Source: Vicinamibacteria bacterium
GTDB lineage: Bacteria > Acidobacteriota > Vicinamibacteria > Marinacidobacterales > Marinacidobacteraceae
Length of the DNA: 64,000 bases
Direction of reading: 5' to 3'
Assembly (NCBI GenBank): GCA_963422395.1
Contig: OY729431.1
Location: forward strand, 1,600,001-1,664,000
Shown: piece by piece, positions 1 to 9,940 of the stretch
How the letters are laid out: each line of letters starts with the position of its first letter
How positions within the stretch are numbered: position 1 is the first letter of the stretch
Program-made: the position numbers and the translations under genes
Notes under the pieces: generated by a model
Told to the model about the DNA's origin: nothing
The model's database searches: none
The model's input: only the letters and a program-made list of their open reading frames with translations

Positions 1-945
1 AACCGGTGTCACTGCCGGCGATCACCCGGACACCGATCTCACGCGCCATCCGCAGCGTCTCTTCCATCCGGGGAATCATGAAGTCGGCGCGCAGGGTGAG
101 CACCGGATGGTCGTAATCCCCGCCGGGCTCGTCGAGGTCCACGAGGGTCGTGTAGGTGGGCACGAGCGCCGTTCCCCGCTCTTGCATCAGCTCGAGCGTC
201 TCGCGGGTCAGGAAGGTGCCATGCTCGATGCTCGCCACCCCGGCCAACACCGCGGCGCGGGCGCCTTCGTCGCCGTGGGCATGACAGAGCACCGGGATGC
301 CAAGCGCCGAGGCCTCCTCCACCACCGCGCGGAGCTGCGCCTCCGAGTACACCTGCTTGCGCGGGTCCGTGTCCGGCAGCCCGGCGCGCTCGGTGGCCCG
401 CGTCTTGATCGCCCGCACGCCGTTTTCGGCATTGACCCGGACCAGCATCCGGAGTTCCGCTTCGCTCCGGATGTCCTCGGAGACCGAGAACAGGCTCTCC
501 GAGGCGAGCCGTCCATCGCGGATGTTCGGGGTCACGAAGATGCCGGCGCCCAGATAATCCGGCCCCGGCAGGTGGCCGGAGGCGACCAGCCGTCCGATGG
601 CCACATCGCGGTAGGAGCCGACGCTCGCGCTCCTCAGCGTGGTGACTCCGGATTCCAGCGCCCGGCGCACCTCGGAGAGCTGCGAGGCGTGGGTGTGCGC
701 ATCGAGGAGCCCGGGAAGCACGAACTTGCCCGAGACATCCAGCGTTTCGACATTCGCCGGCACGGGTGCGGTTCCGACCGAGAGGATGCGTCCGCCGCCG
801 ATGACGACATCGGCGCGGGACAGGGTTCCGGACGCACATCGAGCACCGAACCGCCGACGATCGCGAGATCGGCCTCCTGCCCCGGGGCCGGAGCGGCGAA
901 TGCGGCGGATGCGAGCAGGACGAGAGAGAGCAGTCGGACGTTCAT
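1..945 (-). pseudogene. Exported metal-dependent amidohydrolase, frameshifted near 830; runs off the window edge
   Basis: ATG at 945 after GGAGG, signal peptide MNVRLLSLVLLASAAFA, then ADLAIVGGSVLDVR. The sequence continues in another frame as GTLSRADVVIGGGRI...PGLLDAHTH...HAHG...SIEHG...AGSDTG (amidohydrolase motifs). Confidence 0.75.
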
Positions 946-1058
946 GGGCGCCTCCGGGGAACCGGGAGAGTTCCGGTGAGTATGCGATACCACTCGCTCC
1001 GCCGCCCGTTTTTCGCCGGATTCGATCGATCAGGCCGGGCTGCCGTATCGTCGCCTCC

Positions 1059-1274
1059 ATGAAACTCCGGCGCGACCCGCTCCGCCATCCGTGGCTCTTC
1101 GCCGCCATCGCCGGACTCTACGGATTCTCGATTCCCTGGTGGTTCGGCTCGGGCAGGCCGGCCATCGTCCTCGGGCTGCCCTCGTGGGTGGTGGTGTCGC
1201 TGTTCTCCACGCTCGCGGTGAGCTGCCTCACCGCCTTCGCTGCGCTTCGGCTCTGGGACGACGGGGCCGACTGA
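1059..1274 (+). CDS. Small 2-TM membrane protein (DUF3311/DUF997-like partner of an SSS symporter)
   Basis: 71 aa hydrophobic ORF (SIPWWF...LGLPSWVVVSL) directly upstream of an SSS symporter. Confidence 0.75.
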   Translation: MKLRRDPLRHPWLFAAIAGLYGFSIPWWFGSGRPAIVLGLPSWVVVSLFSTLAVSCLTAFAALRLWDDGAD

Positions 1275-1281
1275 GCGGGCC

Positions 1282-2787
1282 GTGAGCTTCTCGACGGCGG
1301 TCATCGCCGCGCTCACCGCGTACCTCGCGCTCCTCGGGTTCCTGGGGTTCCGCGCCCGTGCCGCCCGCGCCTCCGGATCGCTCGCCGACTTCTACCTGGC
1401 AGGCCGCGGGCTCGGCGGCGTGGTGCTGCTGTTCACGCTCTATGCGACGCAGTACAGCGGAAACACCCTGGTGGGCTATCCCGGGGAAGCGTACCGGGTC
1501 GGCTTCCCCTGGGTCATGAGCGTCGGCTTCATGCTGGCGATCGTCGTCGTCTATCTGGTGATCGCTCCCCGGCTGCGCGCCGCGTCCGAGCGCCACCGCT
1601 TCGTGACCCCGGCCGATTGGCTCGATCACCGCTTCGGCGACCCCCGGCTCACGCGGGTCACGAACCTCCTCATGGCGGCCGCCATCGCGAACTACCTGCT
1701 CGCTCAGCTCATGGCGATGGGGCATGTGACCGCCGGTCTCTCCGACCAGGCGATCCCCTACGCCGCTGGCGTCCTCGTACTCGCGGCGGCGATCCTCGGC
1801 TACGAACTCCTCGGCGGGCTCCGCGCCGTCGCCTGGACCGACTGCATGCAGGGAGTTCTGCTCGCGATCGGTCTTTCCGGCCTGCTGGCTGCGACCTTTC
1901 TCTCGGGAGAGGGCATGGGAGCGGCGGCGGAATGGGTCTTCGAAAACCAACCGGCGAAAGGCTTCCGTCCCGCAGCACCGATGCTGGCCACTTGGGCGAG
2001 CACCCTGTTGCTGATCGGGTTTTCCGGCGCCGTCTATCCGCAGGCCATCCAGCGCATCTTCGCCGCCCGCAGCACCGGGTCGCTGCGGAAGGCGCTCGCC
2101 GCCCTCGGTTTTCTTCCATTCCTCACCACCCTGCCGATCTTCCTGGTCGGCATCCTGGCTCTCCCCCGGCTCGAAGGACTGACCGGGATCGCCGCCGACC
2201 AGGTGCTGCCGACGCTCCTCCGGGGGTGGGCCTCGGAGTCGGCCTGGATGTTCTGGATGTGCATCCTGACCGTCGTCGGAGTGATCGCCGCGATCATGTC
2301 CACGGCCGATTCGGTCCTCCTCACGCTCTCTTCGATGCTGGCCAAGGACTTCGTGGCGCCGGCGCTCGGCCGGCGCCGAGGGGCGGAGGTCAACGAGGAG
2401 CGCGTCACCCGGATCGGCAAGGGAATCTCGCTGGCCGTCATGGGCATCCTGGCCGCAGTGGCGCTCACCCCGCGCATCAGCCTCTGGGGACTCTTGGAAC
2501 TCAAGATGGAGCTCCTGGTCCAGGCTGCTCCGGTTTTCGTCCTGGGGCTCACCTGGCCCCGATTGACCGCGCGCGCCGCCCTCTACGGGGTGGTGTGCGG
2601 CACCCTGCTCGCCGCGGGGCTGACTCTCGCCGGCTACGGCAAGGTCGGGGGGCTCCACGCCGGGCTTCTCGGCGCATCGCTCAACGCGCTGATCGCGGTC
2701 GCGGGCTCCCTCGCCGCCGGCCGGCGACAGCTTTTCGCCCGCCGGCGAAATGCCTGCCCCGCCCCCGGGCCGCGCGGACCTCAGTAG
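1282..2787 (+). CDS. Sodium:solute symporter family protein (PanF/PutP-like)
   Basis: Many TM segments; motifs DFYLAGRGLG, ATQYSGNTLVGYPG, GGLRAVAWTD, AAIMSTADS. Confidence 0.92.
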   Translation: MSFSTAVIAALTAYLALLGFLGFRARAARASGSLADFYLAGRGLGGVVLLFTLYATQYSGNTLVGYPGEAYRVGFPWVMSVGFMLAIVVVYLVIAPRLRAASERHRFVTPADWLDHRFGDPRLTRVTNLLMAAAIANYLLAQLMAMGHVTAGLSDQAIPYAAGVLVLAAAILGYELLGGLRAVAWTDCMQGVLLAIGLSGLLAATFLSGEGMGAAAEWVFENQPAKGFRPAAPMLATWASTLLLIGFSGAVYPQAIQRIFAARSTGSLRKALAALGFLPFLTTLPIFLVGILALPRLEGLTGIAADQVLPTLLRGWASESAWMFWMCILTVVGVIAAIMSTADSVLLTLSSMLAKDFVAPALGRRRGAEVNEERVTRIGKGISLAVMGILAAVALTPRISLWGLLELKMELLVQAAPVFVLGLTWPRLTARAALYGVVCGTLLAAGLTLAGYGKVGGLHAGLLGASLNALIAVAGSLAAGRRQLFARRRNACPAPGPRGPQ

Positions 2788-4736
2788 ACGGAAAGCAGGA
2801 GTACGGAGGGCCGATCTGCTGTGTGGTGGACGGTGTTCTCGGCGGCCTCGGTACGAGTGTGGCGGCCCAGCGGTTCGCCGGTGTTGGGATTCGGATCGAA
2901 GCGCGGGTAGTTCGAGCTCGAAATCTCCAGACGGATCCGGTGGCCCGCCGAGAACCGATTGGCGGTGGGAAAGAGCTGAATCTCGATCTCGTACGGCTCT
3001 CCGGGCGTCATCAGCACCTCCTGCTCCCGCGATTCCCGGTAGCGGGCACGAAGGATTCCGTCGGTGATATTCAGGTCGAAGCCTTCCGGGTAGTCGGCGC
3101 TTTCGGGGTACACATCCACCAGCTTGGCGGTGAAGTCGGTGTCGGGGGCGCTCGAAGAGACCCAAAGCCGAGCCCGGACCGGTCCGATCACTTCGAGGTC
3201 CTCCTCGAGTGGATCGGTCTCGAAGACCAGCACATCGGGCCGCTCGGCCGTCCGGCGGCCTTCCACTTCGGACCCGAAGAAGCCGTTCTCCGACCCGCCG
3301 CGGAGGGAGCGGAAACGCCGTTCCCGCTGGTCGTAACCGCCTCGTTTCAGAGCGCCGGAGAAAGCGCCCCCGATCGTGGGAACGGGGTGCTCGGGATCGT
3401 AGGTGTAATCCGTCGCGCCTTCCCCGGCTTCCGGCGGCTCGCGGGTGAGACCGCCGCTAGCTCGCAGATGGAAGGGAGTCATCCGGTTTCCGGCAGGAGG
3501 CCAGGACTCGACGGTCCGCCAGGCGCCGCCGTGATAGAGACGGCCGTTTTCATCCCGGCGGCCGTCGCCGCCGCCCATGACGAAGATCATGACCGGACTC
3601 TCGCCCGCACTGCCGGCTCGTCCGGCCGCAGGCAACAGGGCGGCGTTGTCAGCCCCTTTGAGGTGGCGGTCGAACCAGCGCAAGTGGAATTCGCGGGAGA
3701 AGTCCGGGATCGCTGCCGCCGCTCCGAATTCGATGTCTCCGGAGTACGAACGATTGGTCCCGCCGTGGGTCCACGGTCCCATGAGCAGCGTCATCGGTGC
3801 GGATTTCCACCGGGACAGTTCGACGAAGTTCTGGATCGTGCCCGGAGCGTAGGAGTCGTACCAGCCGCCTACCTGGAGCATCGGAATGTCCGCAGTCTCC
3901 TCGTAGTACTCCGTCCAGTTGCGGCCGATGCCCCGGAAGTAGTCGTCGTACTCACCGTGGTTCTGCATTTCGAGGTAGTAGTCCTCGAAGTTCGGGGCGC
4001 CGGCGAGTGGATTCGCTCCTTTGCGGAAGGGGGTGTCCAGAAACCAGTCGGCGGGGGTCGAGGCTTCGAGACGGCGGCGGATCGCAGGCTCGTCGGTGAC
4101 CGCCGCGAGCTGACTGTGCGCCCAGCCGAGTTGCTGTCCGAGCTCGAAGGCGCCGTGATTGCGGACCTTGTGGGTCCAGGCGTCGGAAAGCCCTCCCATG
4201 GTCAGCACCAGGGTCTTCAGGGCGGGGGGAGACAGCTTCGCAGCGTCGGCCTGGGTGTGGGCACCGTACGAGGTCCCCCACATACCGACCGCGGGCTCGG
4301 TGTACTCCAGGCCGGCGACCCATTCGATGGTGTCGAACCCGTCGGGCGCATCGAATTCGTGGTACTTCTGGAAGACGCCTTCGGAGAAGTAGAGCCCGCG
4401 GATGTCCTGCAGCACGACGACATAACCGCGGCTCGCGAACCACCGGGCCTGTTCCGCGAGCCGCGGCGAAGTCCTGTCGTACGGCGTGCGGTGGAGAAGC
4501 GCGGGGAAGAGGCCCGCTGCCGGCTCGCCGTTCCGGGCGGGCCGGAAGACATCGGTGGCGAGGCGCACTCCGTCTCGCATCGGGAGCAGGTGGTTCTCCT
4601 CCACCTGGATCGCTTCCCAGATCGACTCGGGCGGCCGGAGCGGAGCACCGGTGGGTTCCTCCGGCGCGCCCGCTCCGCACCCGGCTGCCCCGCACCCGGC
4701 AAGGACGAGCCCGAGCAGGGCGAACGACCGGCTCAC
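2781..4736 (-). CDS. CocE/NonD family serine hydrolase, probable lipoprotein
   Basis: MRDGVRLATD, RTPYD, QDIRG, GTSYG nucleophile elbow, C-terminal PepX-like domain. Lipobox LAGC. GTG start overlaps the upstream stop (GTGA). Confidence 0.9.
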   Translation of the reverse strand: MSRSFALLGLVLAGCGAAGCGAGAPEEPTGAPLRPPESIWEAIQVEENHLLPMRDGVRLATDVFRPARNGEPAAGLFPALLHRTPYDRTSPRLAEQARWFASRGYVVVLQDIRGLYFSEGVFQKYHEFDAPDGFDTIEWVAGLEYTEPAVGMWGTSYGAHTQADAAKLSPPALKTLVLTMGGLSDAWTHKVRNHGAFELGQQLGWAHSQLAAVTDEPAIRRRLEASTPADWFLDTPFRKGANPLAGAPNFEDYYLEMQNHGEYDDYFRGIGRNWTEYYEETADIPMLQVGGWYDSYAPGTIQNFVELSRWKSAPMTLLMGPWTHGGTNRSYSGDIEFGAAAAIPDFSREFHLRWFDRHLKGADNAALLPAAGRAGSAGESPVMIFVMGGGDGRRDENGRLYHGGAWRTVESWPPAGNRMTPFHLRASGGLTREPPEAGEGATDYTYDPEHPVPTIGGAFSGALKRGGYDQRERRFRSLRGGSENGFFGSEVEGRRTAERPDVLVFETDPLEEDLEVIGPVRARLWVSSSAPDTDFTAKLVDVYPESADYPEGFDLNITDGILRARYRESREQEVLMTPGEPYEIEIQLFPTANRFSAGHRIRLEISSSNYPRFDPNPNTGEPLGRHTRTEAAENTVHHTADRPSVLLLSVY

Positions 4737-6130
4737 TGCGCGGCTCCTGCGGAAACGCCGGCGAGGTTCTCGACGAGCGGGGCGAGGTCGGGCAGACGGT
4801 CGATCGCTTCGATCCGGGTGAGAGCGGCAGCGGCCCGGCCCTCCGGCAGGACGAGCCCGGCGCACTCGCGGAACTTGGCCCGGAGCTCCTCACGAGTCAG
4901 AGGGCGTTCCGGGCCGCCGGGGTAGGTGTCCGCTTCGACGGAGAACTCGCGCCCGTCCCGCAGCCGCACATCCATCGCGCTTCGCATCCGATCGTAGCCG
5001 AGAGCGTCGATCCCGGGGTCGAAACGGACCGAGACCCGCTCCATCATCGCCCGAACCTCCGGGGAGTCCACGAACTCGGGGGTGAATTCACGGATGCCGG
5101 CACGGCGGCGGAGCACGATCGCCGAAAGCACGAACGGGATCGAGAACTTCGCTTCCAGCGGATTGCGGGGGGCTCGGTAACGGAGGGGATTCAGGATGTT
5201 CTTCCCGGCGCGGAACACGATCTCGGCGATGTCTTCGGAATCGATGCGGCGAGTGGTCACGAGATCGAGCAGCGCCGCCATGCTCGGGTGTCCCAGGCTC
5301 CCGGAGGGGAACATCTTGACCGAGACGCCGGGGTCGAGCAGCGTGTGCGGCGCTCCGAGGGTGAGCCTCTCGGGATCGAAGCCGCCGCCGAACACCCGGA
5401 AGAAGCCCCACTCGGCCTCGAGGGCGCCGCGGCCGGAGGTGAAGCCGCGTCCGGCTAGATCGGCGGCGAGGACGCCGTTTTCGGCCGCCCGCCCGGCGTG
5501 GAGCGGTTTCGTCATCGTACCGAACCCGAGACGGATGCCGGAAGCGAAGCTGGCGGCGATCCCGAGCGCCATCCCGATCTCTTCCCGCCCGAGCCCGCCG
5601 AGCTTCGCGGCGGTCGCCGCCGCACCCAGAGTTCCCACCGTAGCGGTGGAATGGAACCCTTCCCGGTAGTGGCGCGGGTGGATCGCCTCGGCGATCTTGC
5701 ACTCCACCTCGAAGCCCACCAGGAAGGCCTCGAGGAACCCAGCGCCGCCGGCACCCTCCCGCTCGGCGACGGCGAGTCCGGCCGCGAGCGGGGCCACCGT
5801 CGGGTGGGTCAGCAGCCCGAAGATCCGGTCCGGTGCCCCGGAGAGCTGGGTGTCGTCGAAGTCCAGCGCGTGCCCGGCGATCCCGTTGGCCCGGGCAGCG
5901 AGGGAGGCGGGGACCCGGATGCCGGAAGTGCCGAAGACCGCCGCCTCCGGGCGGCCGCCCTCGGCGGCGATCTGCTCCACCGCGATGCGCGAGCAGGGCT
6001 CGGCGGAGCCGGCGAGGGTCACTCCGAGGCCGTCGGTGACGCACCGGCGCCCTGCGGCGATCAGCTCGTCGGGAAGCTCGTCGAGAGTCGTCTCGAGGAT
6101 GAAATCGGTTACGGCAGCGGTAGCGTTCAT
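4733..6130 (-). CDS. MmgE/PrpD family protein
   Basis: HALDFDD, THP, GFHSTAT, TMTKPLHAG, EAKFS. ATG at 6130 overlaps the tctA stop. Confidence 0.9.
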   Translation of the reverse strand: MNATAAVTDFILETTLDELPDELIAAGRRCVTDGLGVTLAGSAEPCSRIAVEQIAAEGGRPEAAVFGTSGIRVPASLAARANGIAGHALDFDDTQLSGAPDRIFGLLTHPTVAPLAAGLAVAEREGAGGAGFLEAFLVGFEVECKIAEAIHPRHYREGFHSTATVGTLGAAATAAKLGGLGREEIGMALGIAASFASGIRLGFGTMTKPLHAGRAAENGVLAADLAGRGFTSGRGALEAEWGFFRVFGGGFDPERLTLGAPHTLLDPGVSVKMFPSGSLGHPSMAALLDLVTTRRIDSEDIAEIVFRAGKNILNPLRYRAPRNPLEAKFSIPFVLSAIVLRRRAGIREFTPEFVDSPEVRAMMERVSVRFDPGIDALGYDRMRSAMDVRLRDGREFSVEADTYPGGPERPLTREELRAKFRECAGLVLPEGRAAAALTRIEAIDRLPDLAPLVENLAGVSAGAAQ

Positions 6131-7626
6131 GCGCCCTCCGTTCTTCTGAGAAACCTGCCCGGACCGAGGCGGCCCCGGAGCAGTGGAGTGAGGAAGCTGG
6201 CCGCCCCCAGGGCGAGGAGAGCCAGAGCGAGGGGACTTTCCAGGAAGACCGCGTGGGAACCCGAAGACAGGGCGAGCGCGCGGCGGTAGTTCGTTTCGAT
6301 CATCGGACCGAGGACGAGGCCGAGCACGGCGGGAGCGAGCGGGTAGCCGCGCCGGGTCATGGCGAATCCGGCGATCCCGAAAAACAGCGCGAACCAGGCG
6401 TCGGCGAGGTTCCCCCGGAGGGAGAACGCCCCGACGAGCGAGACCCCGACCACCAGCGGCATGAGCACCGAAGGCCGGAGGCGCACCACCCGGAGCCACA
6501 ACGGAATCCCGAGCCTCCCCACCACCGCCATGAACAGCACCGAGACCACGAAGCCGGCGTAGAGCGCGTGGACCAGCGGCGCCCGCTCGGCCATCAGCAG
6601 CGGGCCCGGAGCGACACCTTGCACCGTGAGCCCGCCGAGCAGCACCGCCGCACTCGCCGAGCCCGGGATGCCGAGGGCGAGCAGCGGGATCATCGCCGCG
6701 CCGACACAGGCGTTGTTCGCTGCCTCCGGAGCAGCGATGCCCGCAGGTTCGCCGGTTCCGAAGCGCTCCGGGTTCTTCGAGAAACGGCGCTCCTCGTTCC
6801 AGGCCACGAGGGAGGCGATCGTGGCCCCGGCGCCCGGGATCGCACCGATGCTCCCCCCGACGAGAGAGCCCCGCAGGATGCTGCGCCAGAACCGCAGGAG
6901 CTCGCGGACTCCAGGAAGCCCACCCTCGAGGCGCGGCGCTCCCGACGCTGGCTGGCGCCGCCGGGCCACAGCGTCGAGCGCCTCCGCGACGGCGAAGAAA
7001 CCGATCAGCATCGGCACGAGCCCGAATCCGTCGAGGAGCACGGGCACGCCGAAGGTGAGGCGCGGCGCCCCGGTCAGCACATCGAGGCCGACCAGGAAGG
7101 CCGCCAGGCCGAGCAGCGCGCTGATCACCCCCTTGAGCGGATCCTTGCCGATCAGATTGGCGACGATCGCTATGCCGAAGACCCCGAGGCCGAAGTATTC
7201 CGGAGGGCCGAAGGCGAGCGCTGCGCGGGAGAGGGGGCCGAGGGCGGCGACGAGCAGCACCGTCCCCAAGAGGCCGCCCCCCACCGAAGAGAACAGGGAT
7301 ATCCCCAGCGCCCGGCCCGCCTCGCCCCGCCGGGTCAGCGCGTGGCCGTCGAGCGTCGTCGCCAGCGCCGGCGGGCTCCCGGGAATCCCGATCGCGATCG
7401 CGGTGATGGAGCCGCCGTACTCCGCCGCCATGTAGAGCGCGATCATCATGAGGAGCGCCGGAACGGGGTCGAGCGCGAAGGTGACCGGCAATACCAGCGC
7501 CAAACCCACGGTGGAGCTCAGCCCCGGCACCGCGCCGGCGAAGACCCCGATCAGGCTCCCGGCGAGGAGTACGGCGAGGTTCACCGGAGCGAGCGCCGCG
7601 GCCCAGCCTTCGAGAAACGGGCTCAT
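6127..7626 (-). CDS. tctA: Tripartite tricarboxylate transporter large permease
   Basis: GAVPGL, YGGSITAI, IPGSPPALATTLDGH, APEAANNA, GIPGS motifs. Confidence 0.93.
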   Translation of the reverse strand: MSPFLEGWAAALAPVNLAVLLAGSLIGVFAGAVPGLSSTVGLALVLPVTFALDPVPALLMMIALYMAAEYGGSITAIAIGIPGSPPALATTLDGHALTRRGEAGRALGISLFSSVGGGLLGTVLLVAALGPLSRAALAFGPPEYFGLGVFGIAIVANLIGKDPLKGVISALLGLAAFLVGLDVLTGAPRLTFGVPVLLDGFGLVPMLIGFFAVAEALDAVARRRQPASGAPRLEGGLPGVRELLRFWRSILRGSLVGGSIGAIPGAGATIASLVAWNEERRFSKNPERFGTGEPAGIAAPEAANNACVGAAMIPLLALGIPGSASAAVLLGGLTVQGVAPGPLLMAERAPLVHALYAGFVVSVLFMAVVGRLGIPLWLRVVRLRPSVLMPLVVGVSLVGAFSLRGNLADAWFALFFGIAGFAMTRRGYPLAPAVLGLVLGPMIETNYRRALALSSGSHAVFLESPLALALLALGAASFLTPLLRGRLGPGRFLRRTEGA

Positions 7627-8058
7627 TCAGGGGAGCGGTACCCCGAGCGCGGCGGCGAACAGCAGGTGCGCGAATGCCGCGAAGCCGAGCGGAACTGCGG
7701 CGAGGATGCCGGGAGAGCGCTCGCCGGCGAGCCACATGAGCCAACAGGCGAGCGGGGCGAGGCACCAGGCGGCGCCGAAGACCGGGGACGCGAGGAGGAA
7801 GACGGCGATCCCGGCGAACGCACCGCCCAGCCGGAGGCCGCCGCCGAAACGCTCCGGTGGGGACCTTCGACGGACGCCGAGCCAGACGGCGCCGCCGATC
7901 AGGAATCCGGCCACCAGGCGTGGGAAGAGAGCGGGACCCGGAACGCCCGGGGAGAGCGGTGCGGGGTAGCCGCGGGCGTCCCAGAGGATCAGGCCCCCGA
8001 GGAGGGCGAGGACCGCCGCCTCGACGATCCCGCGTCGGGGACCCGACGCCTCACCCAT
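7627..8058 (-). CDS. tctB: Tripartite tricarboxylate transporter small permease
   Basis: About 143 aa, hydrophobic, GPALFPRL and C-terminal LGVPLP; lies between tctC and tctA. Confidence 0.82.
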   Translation of the reverse strand: MGEASGPRRGIVEAAVLALLGGLILWDARGYPAPLSPGVPGPALFPRLVAGFLIGGAVWLGVRRRSPPERFGGGLRLGGAFAGIAVFLLASPVFGAAWCLAPLACWLMWLAGERSPGILAAVPLGFAAFAHLLFAAALGVPLP

Positions 8059-9100
8059 CGAGCAGCCCGAGGCGAGCCAGCAGTTCGCGGCTCGCAGCGA
8101 CCTCGGCGGCCATCCAGCGGGCGAACTCGTCCGCATCGGCCAAGGTGGCGTATTCCATCGCCGCCCGCATCATGTACTCCCGGAAGCCGGGAGATTCGAT
8201 GACCGCCGTCAGCCGCCGGCGCAGCTCGGTGCGCACTGCGGGAGCGAGCCCCGGCGGCCCCACCACGCCGCGCCAGTGGACCGGGGCCAGGTCGTAGCCC
8301 TCGTCCCGGTAGGTCGGTGTCCGCGGGAGGGCCGGCAGAGGCAGCGCCGAAGCGAGGACCCGCATCGTCCCGGCACGCAGATGCTCCCGCACGATGTCGA
8401 AGTTCGTGTGGACCGCGTCGGTGTGGCCGCCGAGTGCCGCCACCACCGCGTCCGCCGATCCCTCGTAGGCGATCCAGCGCACCTCCGGATCTCCTGCCGC
8501 AGCCCGTAGGCGGGCGAAGCCGAGGAAGTGCGCCGAGGCGGCGCCGAAGCCGGAGACCGACAACCCGCCCTCGGAGGCGAAGAGATCGGAGAGCGTGCGG
8601 AGAGGACTCTCCTCGCGCACGGCGATCAGGAACGGATCGAGCTGGATGCGGAGGATCGGGGTGAAATCGTCGGGAGTGAACGGAATCCGCCCGGTGGCCA
8701 TGTTCACCGTGCCGCTGGCGGTGAAGACCCCGAGCCGGTACGGGTCTCCCGGGCGCGTCTGCAGATACTGCATCCCGACGGCGCCCGCGCCTCCCTGCCG
8801 GGTCACCACGGTGACCCGCTGCCCGTCGAAGTGCGGGGGCGCCGCCCGGGCGAGAGCGCGGGCGAGGAGATCGCTCGGACCGCCGGGAGTGGCCCAGGAG
8901 ACGATCTCGATGGGACTGCTCGGAAACGGCGCCTCCCGGGGCTCGCCGCAGCCGGAGAGAGCCATACCGAGAGGCGCCATCCCGACCCGAAGAAGGAGTC
9001 GGCACCTCCACTTCCGGCGGATGCCCCTCCGTGCCCCGCATGGCAAGCGCCCCGACACTCGGCGCGATCCATTCGGACGCCGCTTACGGGGCTCTGGCAA
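8051..9100 (-). CDS. tctC: Tripartite tricarboxylate transporter substrate-binding lipoprotein (start uncertain: 9100, 9058 or 8980)
   Basis: FPSSPIEIVSWATPGGPSDLLAR, GGAGAVG, ALGGHTD, WRGVVGPPG; lipobox LSGC. Confidence 0.9.
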   Translation of the reverse strand: MPEPRKRRPNGSRRVSGRLPCGARRGIRRKWRCRLLLRVGMAPLGMALSGCGEPREAPFPSSPIEIVSWATPGGPSDLLARALARAAPPHFDGQRVTVVTRQGGAGAVGMQYLQTRPGDPYRLGVFTASGTVNMATGRIPFTPDDFTPILRIQLDPFLIAVREESPLRTLSDLFASEGGLSVSGFGAASAHFLGFARLRAAAGDPEVRWIAYEGSADAVVAALGGHTDAVHTNFDIVREHLRAGTMRVLASALPLPALPRTPTYRDEGYDLAPVHWRGVVGPPGLAPAVRTELRRRLTAVIESPGFREYMMRAAMEYATLADADEFARWMAAEVAASRELLARLGLLDG

Positions 9101-9157
9101 CGACGCGGGGCGCCTCCGCCGCGGACTGTCAGACGCCGTCGTTCCCCAAGGCTTCGC

Positions 9158-9940
9158 TCACATGCCGGAGACGCGGCCGGCGATTCGGTAGCACTGGAAG
9201 ATCACATGCCAGCCGATCGCCACGATCACGAGCCAGGCGATCCAGTAGTACTCGCCCGGAATTCCGAAGTTACCGCCGAAGAAGGGGGTGGCGTGCTCGT
9301 TGAGCATGGCCCACAGCAGCGGCAGCGACAGATAGGTGTTGTGCTTCGAACGGAGCCCGGCGAGCGCCGGATCGGCGGCTGCCGGGGCCTCGCCCGCCTT
9401 CACCGCGGCGATGATCCGCTGCTGAGCCGGCCAGATCCGGAACCAGACATTGAAAGCCATCATGGTCCCGAACATGGCGCCGGTGTGGATCAGCACGGCT
9501 CGCTCGGTGAAGCCGCCCACCGCGACGAAGAGCCACACCGTGACCGCGAGCAGCGCGAAGGAAACGAGGGTGGCGGCCCGCACCTTGGACCGGAGCCCGC
9601 TGCGCCAGAGGGCGTCGTAGAGGAACACCGCGAGGAAGGTCACCGCCACCATCAGCAGCGCACCGCCGCCCCAGCCATCCCCGGGGCCGAACATCAGGCC
9701 GCCGTGGTAGAAGACGAGAAGCAGCAGGACCGCTCCGGTGATCCAGGTCCAGGCGGCTCCCCAGCGAAACCAGTAGAGCGCCCGCGGCATGAGTTGGGGC
9801 ACCACTTTCTGCTTCGTTCTGCCATCCAGCTGCGCCGCCATCTGGGCGTTCACGAAGTTGAAGAAGTAGAGATGTCCGATCCAGAGGATTCCGACGAAGA
9901 CATGGAGCCATCGGAACAAGAAGACCAATCCGTCCATCAT
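9158..9940 (-). CDS. Urate hydroxylase PuuD-like membrane protein without the cytochrome c domain; possible independent internal start
   Basis: FRWLHVFVGILWIG, YWFRWGAAWTWITG, GTMMAFNVWFRIWPAQ, RSKHNTYL; strong purine-rich RBS before ATG 9940. Confidence 0.75.
   Translation of the reverse strand: MMDGLVFLFRWLHVFVGILWIGHLYFFNFVNAQMAAQLDGRTKQKVVPQLMPRALYWFRWGAAWTWITGAVLLLLVFYHGGLMFGPGDGWGGGALLMVAVTFLAVFLYDALWRSGLRSKVRAATLVSFALLAVTVWLFVAVGGFTERAVLIHTGAMFGTMMAFNVWFRIWPAQQRIIAAVKAGEAPAAADPALAGLRSKHNTYLSLPLLWAMLNEHATPFFGGNFGIPGEYYWIAWLVIVAIGWHVIFQCYRIAGRVSGM

Noticed and set aside
1617-4925. Very long alternative-frame ORFs (for example 1617-4925, 18775-22017, 29949-32735, 60734-63877)
   Set aside because: They are Arg/Pro/Gly-rich shadow frames overlapping well-supported genes, as expected from stop-codon scarcity in high-GC DNA.
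4733-7765. 1010-aa ORF read as a large fusion protein
   Set aside because: The N-terminal part is an off-frame reading of tctA/tctB; the real MmgE gene starts at 6130 with an RBS.
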